In this document: piece after piece, positions 12,073-24,860 of the stretch
Layout: each line of letters starts with the position of its first letter
Position numbering within the stretch: the stretch's first letter is position 1
Source of the DNA: Mobula hypostoma
Taxonomy: Eukaryota
Assembly: GCF_963921235.1 (NCBI RefSeq)
Contig: NC_086097.1
Coordinates: 79,486,001-79,550,000, forward strand
Direction of reading: 5' to 3'
Length of the DNA: 64,000 bases
Notes under the pieces: model-generated
The model's database searches: none
Seen by the model: only the letters and a program-made list of their open reading frames with translations
Told to the model about the DNA's origin: nothing
Translations under genes and position numbers: made by a program

Positions 12073-14769
12073 ATAGATTTCTTTGGGACTGAAAACTACT
12101 GTAAGTGAGGGGTAATGTGGCGAGAGGAGCGGTTTAGTTAACCAGTTAACATTTTGGGTCAAAGACCTTCCTCGAAACTTCCAGACCCTTAAAGGTTTTG
12201 GGGAAAGTTCACTGACCTGAAACATTAACTGATTTCTCTTTTCAGAGAAGCAGCTTGACTGGCTGAGTTGCTCCAGCATTTGTTTTTGTTTCAAATTCCT
12301 GAGCCTGCAGTTTCAGTTGCTTATCATAAAAGGAGACAGTCCTTTTTTTCAGAATAGCAAAGGTAATATTGCAGGATGCACAGTATCACTTTAATAGCAG
12401 AATCCAGGTCAGTAGCAAAACCATATCCCCACCTACCCAACTTGTGACTTTTAGCATTTATTTCACCAGAGTTTGGTGACAAAGGTCAAATAATCACCTC
12501 TAGCAATGCTTATCAGATTTCCACGTAATAGTGCATCATCTGCTGCTTTTCAAATTCCTTTAAGCTTCATTTGTTTCCATTTAATTATAGATAGATGCTT
12601 AGCTTATTTTAGCTTGTTAAGTAAAGTTCCAGTCTGGTTCTGTCACTCCTCCATATGGCACCGAGCAGCAACATAGCATGTGGCTAAGTATATTCTAGGA
12701 TCCAAATTACTGGGGATTTATCACTAATCCTGCAATCATACACTTTCAGCAGAGTCAGAATACAGCTTCTGGTCATATGAACAAAAATAAATTAATGAAA
12801 GCTACTGTAAAACTCTTCAAAGGGAAATTGTTACTGTAAAAAAATCATAAAGGTACTGTTAGATTATTCTACTTAGTCATTTTAGGATTGAATACTAAAT
12901 TCAAAACATGACTTGGGAGAGAAACTTTCCAAAAGAAGGGAACAATGAAGAGGTTGGTCTTAGTTGGGTGATTCTTCCCACCAATAACCTGCATAGATTG
13001 TGCCTCCAGATATTATTTACACCTCCAGCTTAAACATAGATGGAATGGATGGATCTGTGGGTGAAGTGAGTATCAAGATAGTATTTGACCTAATGTGTCA
13101 TCAAGAAGCCCCAATAAAATTGTAGTATTTATAGATGGAAAGAAAACCCTTCTCACAGAAATGACACTTTGTTTAGAATACATTTGTGGTTAGAAACCAA
13201 CCCTAGTCTAGTATAGCACTGCAGAATTGCAGAGGGCACAGTCCTCAGTCCAATTTCACAGGTGATTTTTCCTCCATTATAAAAATCAGAAGTGTGCATG
13301 TTTAGTGCTTAATCTCATTAGCAAATCAGCAGCTATTAAAAAGACCGTGATCATGTGCATAATTCAAAATTGCAATCTTCCTACAAGTACATGCATAGAT
13401 TTTATTGTCTTTTGGAGGGCTTCCTGAATGTTTTCAGATAAAAGTGAATGCAAGTATATGCCTGCAACCTCACCAGGCTGTTAGAAGCATATGACTGTAA
13501 TATGCTTTTTGTGCACACTCATTCCCATAATGACAGTTATCTCAGTTTTTGTCCAAATTACACACTGCATAACATGGTAATATATTTTTCTAACTACCAC
13601 GATCCTGATATTCTTGTCATTGTTAGAATGCTACCATACTGCAGAGGGAAATTATCTCCACTTTACTGAGGAGCATTTATTATAGGGAAAGTATGCCATG
13701 CTAACTGTGTCAATTTAATAAAGCATTATATGGAAGTGCCTTTCTAAATGTGAAGAATCCCTCAGATATATAACATAGTAACTGGAAAAATAACAATTAA
13801 CTTGCAAACTGAAGAAAGAACAATCAGGATAAATGGAAAAAAATGTCAATACATTCTTATATTTCAACTAATAAAATTTGAAACTTGGCATCTTTAATAT
13901 ATCTCGGAAGAATTTAACTTCTCAGTTGGGCTAAGTACTACTGATATCCAAATCGTTTGTACCAATGATGCAGACAGATGAGAACTTGGTTTAAGTATCA
14001 CCAACAATTTGTCCTGGTCCAGCCACATGAATTCTCTGCTCTCACCAATTTTTACATTTTTATTATCAAAGGCATACTAACTGGACACATCATAAGTATA
14101 GCTTCAATCCTGCTGTTACCAGACTCTTTAACAGAGCTCTCATTTGCTAAAAGCTGAAATCTTGATTTCCCAATCTACTTCATGGCAACTCCCGCACATT
14201 GTTGGTCTACTTGCACAGCACTTTCTTTGTAACACTACATTCTGCATAGTTTTCCTTTTTTGCTCCCCCACTATCTGGGCAACACATAAAAACCTGCATC
14301 TCGGTATATCTGACAATAATAAATATATTTCAATTACACATTTTCAATAAAACACCCCAGATCTGTCAATAATTAATAGTCTGCCTTGTGTAATATTTTA
14401 ACTTCCCTACAACATGCCACACGAGAAGGTGTGGATAATTTTCTGGAACACCCAAAGGACATAGAACCTCTAGGCATTCACTAACAGTGGTTATCCTTGA
14501 ACAATGAGATACACAATCACTGAACTAATGGTGTGTTGACAGGTATCACTAAGAATAGCAATCTCAGGTTTATTATCACTCAGGCATGAGAGCTAGATCA
14601 ATATGAAAGAATGGCTGCCTGTCATTCTGAGAGACAGAACACATTACATTTACTCTCAATTTCCTAAGGCTACCTATACTCGTGGTGTTTTGATGAATGC
14701 CAAATGCAGATTGCTCTTGTTCAGGTTTTTCAATGAAACATGGAAAGGAATTGAGTAGTATTTCTAGGC

Positions 14770-16550
14770 TCTATAAATAAGACAGGAAATTATAGGCTGG
14801 TGAGCTTGGCATCAGTCCTGGATAAACTATTGGAAAGTATTCTAAGGAACAGGATGTATAAATATTTGGGTAGACAGGGCCTGTTTAGGGATAGTCAACA
14901 TGGCTTTGTGCATGGTAGGTCACACCTAACTAATCTTACAAAGTTTTTCAAGCAGGTTACCAAGAAGGCTGATGAAGGAAAGGTAGTGGATGTTGTCTAC
15001 ATATTGCTTAGCAAAGCCTTCGACAAAGCCCTGCATGGGAGGCTGGTCCACAGGTTAAGTCACTTGGCATTCAGAATTAAGTAGATTCAACATAGGTTTG
15101 GTGGAAAAAGCCAAAGAGTGGTGGTATATGGTTGCCTCTCCGACTAGAGGCCTGCGACTAGTGGTATGCCACAGGGACTAGGTTCTTTGTTGCTTCTCAT
15201 TTATAGTAATTCACTGTGTAGATGATAATATGATAAACTGGATCAACAATTTGTGAATGACACCAAGTTTGCAGGTGTAGTGGACATTGAGAAAGGCTAT
15301 CAAAATTTTGATCAGCTGGAAAAATGGGTTGAAAAATGGCAGATAGAAAGACATCAATAAACTTGAAAAAATGCAGAGAAAATTTGCATGTATATTGCTG
15401 GGACTTTTTTCTTAAAGATGTGCTGTGTGCCTCCCGGCTACCATTGCATTCTCTGTGAATCGGTATCTCTCCTTGGCCTGGGGGTTCGGGTGGTGGGACA
15501 CTGGGGTGTCATCTCGTCGTCTGTTTCCATTAGAGCAGGCAGCTCATCTTCTTCTATCTCTGCCCGCCTCGATGTCGAAGGTCGAGGTTCGTCGTCTACT
15601 GTGGCTGATGTGGAAGGCTTGCTTGACTGCTGAGCCTCGTGCATTTTTCTATCACACAGTTCTTTGTAAGGACTCAAACCATCCTGCAAATATCTCCTAA
15701 ACTGACATACCCTTTCAAAATTAAAGTCGTACTTTATCATTACTCATTTGGTTTTGATTGTTATCTTTTTTTCTTCCAATTGCATCAGCTCTTCGTCTGT
15801 GAGTTCTTGGTCATGGGATGCCAAAACTTCTTCAAAATCATGTTCGTCAGCTTCCACAAGCCAAACTCACGTTGTCCTTACTTTGTTCACCACGATCGAA
15901 ACGCTTAATTATGTCTAGTTTTACGCTAAGTCTAACACCCTTACGAGCTCTTTCAGGCTTTTCCGATACCTTAGAACTCATCTTGCAAACGGCTGCTCAC
16001 AGGCACGTGTTTAAGCAATGCCGTTCTGAATCCGGGGAAGAGCGGCTGCTCGGGGCGCGTGCTGCCTTTTATCGCGTGCTGTTTTTTTGCGCACTGATTT
16101 TTTATTGCATGCTGCTTTTTTTTCGTAGCAGTGAAAACACCTTCTGAAAGCGAAAACAGGGTAGTAATGTAGGTCTTTCGTAACAGTGAGGTTTCGTAAA
16201 GCGAACGTTCGAAAAGCGGGGGACACCTGTATAAGAGTAAATGCACATGTGGGCAATTTCCCCTCAGGTTGAGTGACACTAGATCTACAGGTCATTGGTT
16301 TAGGATGAAAGGTGAAATATTTAAGGAGAACCTGATGGGGAACTTCTTGACTTAGGGGGTGCTACAAGTGTGGAATGAGCTGCTAGTATGTAGTAGACAT
16401 AGATTTAATTGTACATTTAAGAGATGTTGGGATAGGTACATAAATGAGAGCAGTATGGACAGCAATGGTCCAGGTGCAGGCAGATGGGACTAGGCAGAAG
16501 AACATGTCAGCACAGACTACATGGGCCTGCTTCTGTGCTGTAGTACACTT
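14770..16550 (+). mobile_element. CR1 LINE RT fragment split by a Tigger element
   Basis: ORF 14800..15084 (QHGFVHGRSHLTNL...SKAFDK). CR1 3' end resumes after 16231. Confidence 0.88.
15348..16229 (-). mobile_element. Internally deleted Tigger/pogo DNA transposon with one TIR remaining
   Basis: TA|CAGGTGTCCCCCGCTTTTCG terminus at 16229. ATG at 15981 gives MSSKVSEKPERARKGVRLSVKLDIIKRFDRGE (CENP-B-type HTH). ORF 15438..15740 resembles a Tigger transposase C-terminus. Confidence 0.8.
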
Positions 16551-17621
16551 CGTCTCTAATATTTCTGTAAGAATAATTTATATGCCTGGATAAGTGTAAT
16601 CTTAAAAACAATTGTACTCATTTGAATTGCTATTGACTGCTTCAACCTATACAGGAAAAGAAACAAAAAAATATTAATGTGGTTAGGAGCAAAACAAAAA
16701 AATTGCTGGAGAAACAGTGGGTCAGGTAGCATTAGTGGAGTCAAAAGGATAGTTCTGTAATGATGCAGGACCATGCCCTGAAATATAAACTATCTCTTTG
16801 TCTCCACTAATGCTACCTCCCTTCCTGAGTTCCACCTGTAGCTTGTTTCTTTTTGCTCCAGATTCCAGCATCTATTGTCTCTCATATCTCTGTTTTAATG
16901 TTATTAGGTTATTGATTATACCAATTAAATAGTTAATTTTATATTCGGTGTTATTGCTAATTCACATTTTTAGTCCTTGAGTTATCTTAATGGTTTTGGT
17001 AAAATAAAATCAGATTATTGTGATGCCCAAGACAAAAATGTATTACTAAAATAGGGTCACCTTAGTAAACTTTCTTAGCACTATTCAGTTAAACGATTTA
17101 AATGACAATAAGGTGTCAGTGAATCGCTACATGCCAATTACATCATTAATTTTGCTGGTGCAATTAACGTCAGTTCTACTTTTATCATTCTGACATTCCC
17201 ACTACTTACACATTCCCCTGCTTGCTGTAAGTAATTTATAAGAGTTACCAAGGGTAACACCGTAGTCTGATGAAGACTTCTAGATTAGTAAGCAAGAATG
17301 GCTCTTTGGCATCACAGCAAATTGAGCTAATAAAGGACATGTCTGCCAGGCTGAATGCATTGCAAGTGGAGGCAGAACTATTAACAAAGGAAACCCTATG
17401 TCATCATCTTGACCAATCTACCAGCTGTAAATACATTTCTTCTTGATAGTATTAGTGAGTGACACTGTACAGTAGAAAGAAAGTCCTGAATCCAATCTGG
17501 GGATTATTTGGTGAACTCTGAATGTTGTCTAGGCCCTTCTGCACAGACTGCTGGCACAGACTGTTTACTATCAAACAAACTGAGAATAAAAGATGGTTGC
17601 TCCTCTCAGCTCAAGGATATA

Positions 17622-18493
17622 CAGTGGCATGCAAAAGTTTGGACACCCCGGTCAAAATTTCTCTTACTGTGAATAGCTAAACGAGTAAAAGATGAACTGA
17701 TTTCCAAAAGGCATGAAGTTAAAGATGACACATTTCTTTAATATCTGAAGCAAGAAAACTTTTTTATTTCCATCGTTTACAGTTTCAAAATAACAAAAAA
17801 GGAAAAGGGCCCGAAGCAAAAGTTTGGGCACCCTGCATGGTCAGTGCTTAGTAACATCCCCCTTGGCAAGTATCACAGCTTGTAAATACTTTTTGTAGCC
17901 AGCTAAGAGTCCTTCATTTCTTGTTTGGGGGATTTTCGCCCATTCTTCCTTGCAAAAGGCTTCTAGTTCTGTGAGATTCTTGGGCCGTCTTGCATGCACT
18001 GCTCTTTTGAGGTCTATCCACAGATTCTCGATGATGTTTAGGTCAGGGGACTCTGAGGGTCATGGCAAAACCTTCAGCTTGCGCCTCTTGGGGTAGTCCA
18101 TTGTGGATTTTGAAGTGTGTTTAAGATCATTATCCTGTTGTAGAAGTCATCCACTTTTTATCTTTCGCTTTTTTCACAAACGGTGTGATGTTTGCTTCCA
18201 GAATTTGCTGGTATTTAATTGAATTCATTCTTCCCTCTACCAGTAAATGTTCCCCATGCCACTGGCCGCAACACAAGTCCAAAGTATGATTGACCCACCC
18301 TTGTGCTTAACAGTTGGAGAAGGGTTCTTTTCATGAAATTCTGCTCCTTTTTTCTCCAAACATACCTTTGCTCATTGTAGCCAAAAAGTTCTATTCAAAT
18401 CGTTCAAAGGAACATCTAAACAAGCCTGATACATTTTGGAAATAAGTCCTGTGGACTGATGAAGTTAAAATGGAACTTTTTGGTTGCAATGAG
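17622..18493 (-). mobile_element. Tc1-like transposon relic with IR/DR-type TIR and DDE transposase C-terminal part
   Basis: TA|CAGTGGCATGCAAAAGTTTGG at 17622, inner DR at 17816-17833. Minus translation SPDLNIIENLW...EAFCKEEWAKIP. Confidence 0.9.
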
Positions 18494-20900
18494 AAACCCG
18501 GACTGAAGAAATCATGTTATTTCCGGGCCCAGCCCATGCATTATTACTGTTCACTACTGTAGTACAGAGTTAGTTAGTATGACTTCCCTACTCGAATCAT
18601 GTAACGATGCAATTTCTGTGAACTAGGTATGACATTCAATGTGATAAAGTTCAGAATCTGCACTTTCAAATGATCGTGACTGCATTTCTCTAGCCTATGG
18701 CCCAACTGAGATATTGCTGCCCATTTTATGTACCTTCAGGCAGAGAGTCAGGTTTTGCCTGAGCTATGATAATGTCATAACTTTTTCCATTATAGATCGC
18801 AGCACTTGAGGTTGGACTTAAACAACAGGTGATTGACTGTGATCATTAATCCATATTGAAAAGGGCAGAAACAAACCAAATAAAAAATTATAGACAGTAT
18901 AGTGTACGGTATCTGAAATATGGATTTATACCAACAGCAAGCAACCAACAGCAGTTAGTGTGTCTGTTGTATGAAAAAGTTTTTCCAAATGACACAATAA
19001 AACCATCCAAGCCCTTTGAACATTTGAAGAGAATACACTAATAAAACAAACAAAAACTTGGCTTATTTTCAGTAAGTTCATGAAAACTTTAAGAAATGTA
19101 AAACACGTCAAAACATGTTTGCCGGCATTTCACAACAAACAGTGATTATTTATGTGCTTCATGCAATATTTCATTGCTCCTTGCTAAATCTGGGAAGTCC
19201 CATACAATTACAGAAGAACCGATTCTTCCAATAGTATGAGAGCTTCTGAGTACGGTTTTGCATAGATCACCAGAGTTAATAATTAAAGTGATTCCCCTCT
19301 GCTGTAACTTTGTTCAAAGATGAATAAAGGAAATGTCTCAGAATGTGGAAGACAGATGTGCACCAAACTTAGAGCAACAGAATTTGCTCTGCAATTGAAT
19401 GAATCAAATTTGCCAGGCAACAAATCTTTGCTTCTTGGTTATTTTCGCTTCATGAAAGATGAAAGCATGATTCAAGAGCTGTTATTTGCAAAGGGTCAAG
19501 AAATAGATATGAAGGGGAAGTCAATATTTTGTATTATTGGGCAATTTTTCAAAGAGAAGGATATTCCACTCACCAACGTTCTTGCTTGTGCAACAGATGG
19601 GCCACTACCAATGACAGGATGCCACTTTCCTAAAAAAGCTGTACCTAACATATTTACTGTCTAATATAGAGACAACATCTCATCACAAAAAAAAGTGATC
19701 AGCTGCACATATCATTAAATACTGTTATCACAGTGGAAAATAAAATTAAGTCCCATGTTCTCAATTATTGACTATTTCAAGAGTTCTGTATTGAGAATGA
19801 TGAACAGTTTGCTATTGCACATAGAAGTCAGTTGGATCTCAAAAGTAAACTACTTGAGATGCTTTTATGCATTTTTTGAAATTGTGATAAAATCATTTGA
19901 AAACTCGTATGCTACATTCAGTAATCAATTGAAGAATATTAGGAACAACATTGCTTATTTATCAAAATTAGTCACAAAGTTTAACAAAATCAGTCTTCAA
20001 TTGAAAGGAAATAATCTGAGTCTTATCAAAGTCAAATCAGCCGTCTCCACATTTCTGTCCAAGTTAACTCTGTTTTAGTGCACCACTGGATGTCATGACA
20101 TTTTCCAATTTCCAAGCCTCTCTGAGTTGGAAGAGAAAGAAAGAATACCGGATGATGATCTTCAAGTATACTATGCCCACCATGGTGAAATGCATAAAGA
20201 CATGTCAGAGAGATTTCAGGATCTTCTCTTGATCCAAGTTCCTGATTGGTTAATAAATCCATTCCTGAAAACTTGTAATGAGGAATTAACAGGAAGGATG
20301 GAGGAAGAATTGATCTCACTACAAAATAACTCTGAGCTGAAGCCAAAGTTCAAAAAATCATATCAAGACTTTTGGTTGCAGAAAGAAATCTCTGAATGCT
20401 GTCCTATATGGTGGAAAAAAGATCACTATGTTATTTATGGGCTCTCCAACATCATAATTATTGGACCATGCTTTCAGTGCAGTTGCCCAACAAAACCAGA
20501 CTGCAAATTACTGAAGGTGGGGATTTGATGCTCCTTCTGAGTGACCTTCAGCCTGATGTTGAGAAAGTGGTATCACTGCACCAAGTCCATTCATTTCACT
20601 GAAAAGTGAAAAAGCAATGAAGTAGTGAATAGTTGGACTACCAATGTATGCTCAAAATTGTTGATGAAACTTGCTTTTACTATTATCAGATAAAAAAAAT
20701 TGTAGCTTGAAATAGATTTGAATAACTTTTGCAATTATTTGTCACTGCTTTGAGTTTGCAGTTCCTATATTCTTTCACTCTGCATCATAAATCAAAAATT
20801 CTTTATAGTTTCATGTAATGGCCAGAAAGGGAGAGTGGTCTCTGGGGGTGTAGTCTGGGAGACAAGGGGACGCTAACCCAAAAATGTTTGGGAACCGCTG
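18494..20900 (+). mobile_element. hAT (Charlie/Buster-type) transposon relic with decayed transposase
   Basis: ORFs 18856..19041 (RQYSVRYLKYGF...KPSK..HL..H zinc finger), 19320..19664 (FALQLNES, ACATDG), 19755..20078 and 20127..20528. 3' TIR gtttgggaaccgctg ends at 20900. Confidence 0.88.
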
Positions 20901-21229
20901 ATGCAGAGCCTCTATTTTCAGTCTACTATCCCCAAAATGTGTAGTCCAAATGACAAGGCATGGCTAATTAAAAAAATAAATCTGTTGCAACCAATATTTA
21001 TTTATATGCCAAATTTGATTTTTAGTAATAATAATATTAGAATCCAGTTTTCTACAAGTACTTCTATCTTAAGTTGTTTGTTACTACCTTCATCTCTTTC
21101 ATTGAACAAATATGCTATGGGTTGGAGTAAGAACTCTAAGGCAGGAATCTTCCACTTCAGTCATGTGAGAATTCACAACTGTCCTATTCATTAATCACTG
21201 TATGCATTTATTTCAATTCCCATATTTTA

Positions 21230-21421
<192 letters not shown>

Positions 21422-21762
21422 TCACATCCCATTACTTCCAAAGTGAAAACGTACTGGTTGACACTTCCTCCAAATTATTGTAACTAAACTTTGCACTCAC
21501 AGCAGCAGTCTCATAACTTTGCCTTCCTCCATATTTTTGCCTGAAATGAATAGGTACACAAATTTGGCACACTACATAACTATCCTCTCCAACAAACATT
21601 CCTCATCTTTGCTGTTGAAGCTCTCTGACATTTGCAAAATATTTGCTCCCTAGTAAGTATTCAACTATAAATGTCATTTAGAAGCTTATTCCTGTTTATT
21701 GGATATGCTGACCTTAGTTCAAAATGATGAAACTCAGGATACTAAGAGATTAAAACTTGATA

Positions 21763-22905
21763 ACACTGTGAGGATCATGTTTTTTGACTTCTCCAGTGCG
21801 TTCAACACCATCCGCCCTGCTCTGCTGGGGGAGAAGCTGACAGCGATGCAGGTGGATACTTCCCTGGTGTCATGGATTCTTGATTACCTAACTGGCAGAC
21901 CACAGTACGTGTGCTTGTAACACTGTGTGTCCGACAGAGTGATCAGCAGCACTGGGACTCCACAGGGGAATGTCTTGTCTCCCTTTCTCTTCACCATTTA
22001 CACCTCGGACTTCAACTACTGCACAGAGTCTTGTCATCTCCAGAAGTTTTCTGATGACTCTGCCACAGTTGGATGCATCAGCAAAGGAGATGAGGCTGAG
22101 TACAGGGCTACGGTAGGAAACTTTGTCACATGGTGTAAGCAGAATTATCTGCAGTTTAATGTGAAAAAGACTAAGGAGCTGGTGGTAGACCTGAGGAGAG
22201 CTAAGGTACCGGTGACCCCTGTTTCCACCCGGGGATCAGTGTGGACATGGTGGAGGATTACAAATACCTGAGGATATGAGTTGACAATAAACTGGACTGG
22301 TCATAGAACACTGAGGCTGTCTACAAGAAGGGACAGAGCCGTCTCTACTTCCTGAGGAGACTGAGGTCCTTTAACATCTGCCGGACGATGCTGAGGATGT
22401 TCTACGAGTCTGTGGTGGCCAGTGCTATCATGTTTGTTGTTGTGTGCTGGGGCAGCAGGCTGAGGGTAGCAGACACCAACGGAATCAACAAACTCATTCG
22501 TAAGGCCAGTGATGTTGTGGGGATGGAACTGGACTCTCTCACGGTGGTGTCTGAAAAGAGGATGCTGTCCAAGTTGCATGCCATCTTGGACAATGTCTCC
22601 CATCCACTACATAATGTATTGGGTGGGCACAGGAGTACATTCAGCCAGAGACTCATTCCACCGAGATGCAACACTGAGCGTCATAGGAAGTCATTCCTGC
22701 CTGTGGCCATCAAACTTCACAACTCCTCCCTTGGAGGGTCAGACACCCTGAGCCAATAGGCTGGTCCTGGACTTATTTCCTGGCATAATTTACATATTGC
22801 TATTTAACTATTTATGGTTTTATTACTATTTATTATTTATGGTGCAACTGTAACGAAAACCAATTTCCCCCGGGATCAATAAAGTATGACTATGACTATG
22901 ACTAT
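21763..22905 (+). mobile_element. Rex1/Babar LINE, 5'-truncated
   Basis: RT motifs [25 protein letters not shown] and KFSDDS. AATAAA followed by a (TATGAC)n tail. Confidence 0.9.
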
Positions 22906-23470
22906 ATTCATTCAACTAAATATTAACTCGGCACTTTTAATTGTTTAATAATTTGTTATACTATTTTGAAATGCAAAAACTAAAATAATTATATCATTCA
23001 GCCTTAAGACATTTTGTATCGGCTAAAATATTTAATTTTCCAGTTGGCAACATGAAGTTACAGGTAATTCTTAACCTGTATCCAGTATGAGTATGGACAA
23101 TAGTTAGTGACTACAATAAAATGATGACGTAATACAAATTCTGCTAAAACACTGAAATGTATGCATAATGCTGTAAGTCCTTCTCCTGAATGTGTCTTGT
23201 GATGATTACAAGACCTAACATACAGTCAACATCTATTGTTAGTTAATAATTAAAGACAGACAAGTAAATGTGAAAGGATGGCAAATAATCTTTACGAACG
23301 GGCATAGAATGTCTCAGCAGAGAATACATTTAACTGTACAGGATTACAGTCACCTCTTCCCCTTCATCAAATGCATGTTAGTAAAACTCCAGACCAGTTA
23401 CTTTCGTGGCTTCAAGTAGATGATCATTTGGAGCTATTTTGTTCCTGCACATTGAGTGAAAAATTGAAAT

Positions 23471-23487
23471 CTGCTGCCACCTGGTGA
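23471..23487 (-). promoter_or_regulatory. Candidate CTCF site
   Basis: Minus strand TCACCAGGTGGCAGCAG is close to the CTCF core CCACCAGGTGGCAG. Lies in non-repeat intron. Motif match only. Confidence 0.3.
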
Positions 23488-23716
23488 AATGTCTATTCAT
23501 TCTATAAGTACAGCATTCTTGATGGAATTTAGAGCATGGATGCAATGGGCAATGCTGGTACTTCTACATTATTATTCTGATAATGCTTTGGTGGTAAACT
23601 CCACTGAGAATCAAAGAAATAATAGACGGTTTTGCAATTCTCTGGAACTCTACTGAGAAATTTACCTGGAAAATCTATGCCAGTGAATTAACAGTAAACA
23701 CAAAACGCAGATCCGC

Positions 23717-23951
23717 AAACACAAGAAAATCTGCAGATGCTAGAAATCCAAGGCAACTCACACAAAATGCTAGAGGAACTCAGCAGTTCAGGCAGCATCT
23801 ATGGAAAGGAATAAACAGTTGACAGTCAGACAGTTTCAGGCTGACACTTGAGTCCTGATGCAGGGTCTTGGTATGAAACATCGACCGTTTATTCCTTTCC
23901 ACACATGCTGCCTGACCTGCAGAGTTCCTCTAGCATTTTGTGTGTGTTGCC
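23717..23951. mobile_element. Fold-back Penelope-like terminal-repeat element with a decayed hammerhead
   Basis: Inverted arms cacacaaaatgctagaggaactc / gagttcctctagcattttgtgtg. Core remnant agtcCTGATGCagggtcttggtatGAAACATC near 23851-23882. Confidence 0.78.
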
Positions 23952-24293
23952 ACAAAATACAGATGCTGCAAATCAGATATAAAAACAGAAATTGCTATAA
24001 ATACTTAGGCACATTAGACAACAAATATGGTGATATTAATTCTGTTTTCTCTTTCCACAGATGCACTCTGATCTGCTGAGTATTTCCATCATTCTCTGTT
24101 TTCAAATCTGTTGGACTTGGAGTGGGAAGAGTATCTCCATTGATTTCAATGGTTGAGCAGGGTTAGGAAATGTAATAGGTAGATGAATTAAAACGTGATG
24201 AATGGTTTTGATTTTGTATTTGTAGGTAATTAGATTATACATTTTAACTTTATTAAAACTTATGTTTGATTTTTAATGAGTTAATGAGTTAGT

Positions 24294-24604
24294 GAAGGAG
24301 GTGAGTTATTAACTTCAAACTTTCTGCATAATCACTCAAAGAGTTGAACTGCACGTTCATGCAACGAGAGCTGTATAACTCATCTCCTTCTACTGTGGGC
24401 CACAAACTTATCAATCACCCCTGCTGTTGACCACTTACTGGAGGTCCAAGATGCCGACTCCTACAAAGAAGGGATCCGTATGTTCCTTGACCGCTGGACT
24501 AAGTGTGTAAATGTAGGAGGGGACTATGTTGAAAAATAAATGTGCTAGGTTTTCTAAAATTGACTCCTCCTACCTTAGTCCACAAACTTATCAATCACCC
24601 CTCG
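24294..24604 (+). mobile_element. Non-autonomous mariner element
   Basis: Transposase C-terminus YKEGIRMFLDRWTKCVNVGGDYVEK*. TIR ...CACAAACTTATCAATCACCCCTCG|TA. Confidence 0.85.
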
Positions 24605-24694
24605 TAGTGGAAATCTATCTATCAATTGCACAGGTCAGCATAAGATAATCTATTTTCCAGATAGTAAAGATTATTTTATTAATTTTACTAGATG

Positions 24695-24860
24695 AATGAA
24701 TTCTACTTGGGCTTCCAGCCAAGTACAGGTATCGATGATAGGATGAAGAAGGCAGAGATGTCATCAAAACATTGGTTAAAGTTGATATTTGTACCCAGCT
24801 GGAAGCTCAGGAAGAGTTTATTCATCATATATGCCGGGAAAACACCAGATCTTTAAAAAA
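24695..24860. mobile_element. Small fold-back element of a second Penelope-like family
   Basis: 14-bp TSD AATTTTACTAGATG at 24681-24694 and 24861-24874. Imperfect inverted arms. GATGA...AAAAC hammerhead-like remnant. Confidence 0.65.

Noticed and set aside
17262..17290. agtCTGATGAagacttc as a hammerhead core
   Set aside because: No downstream GAAA or closing stems, and no Penelope-like context.
19320..20602. Domesticated hAT gene (ZBED/GTF2IRD2-like)
   Set aside because: Multiple stops and frameshifts, and a retained TIR, indicate a decaying transposon.
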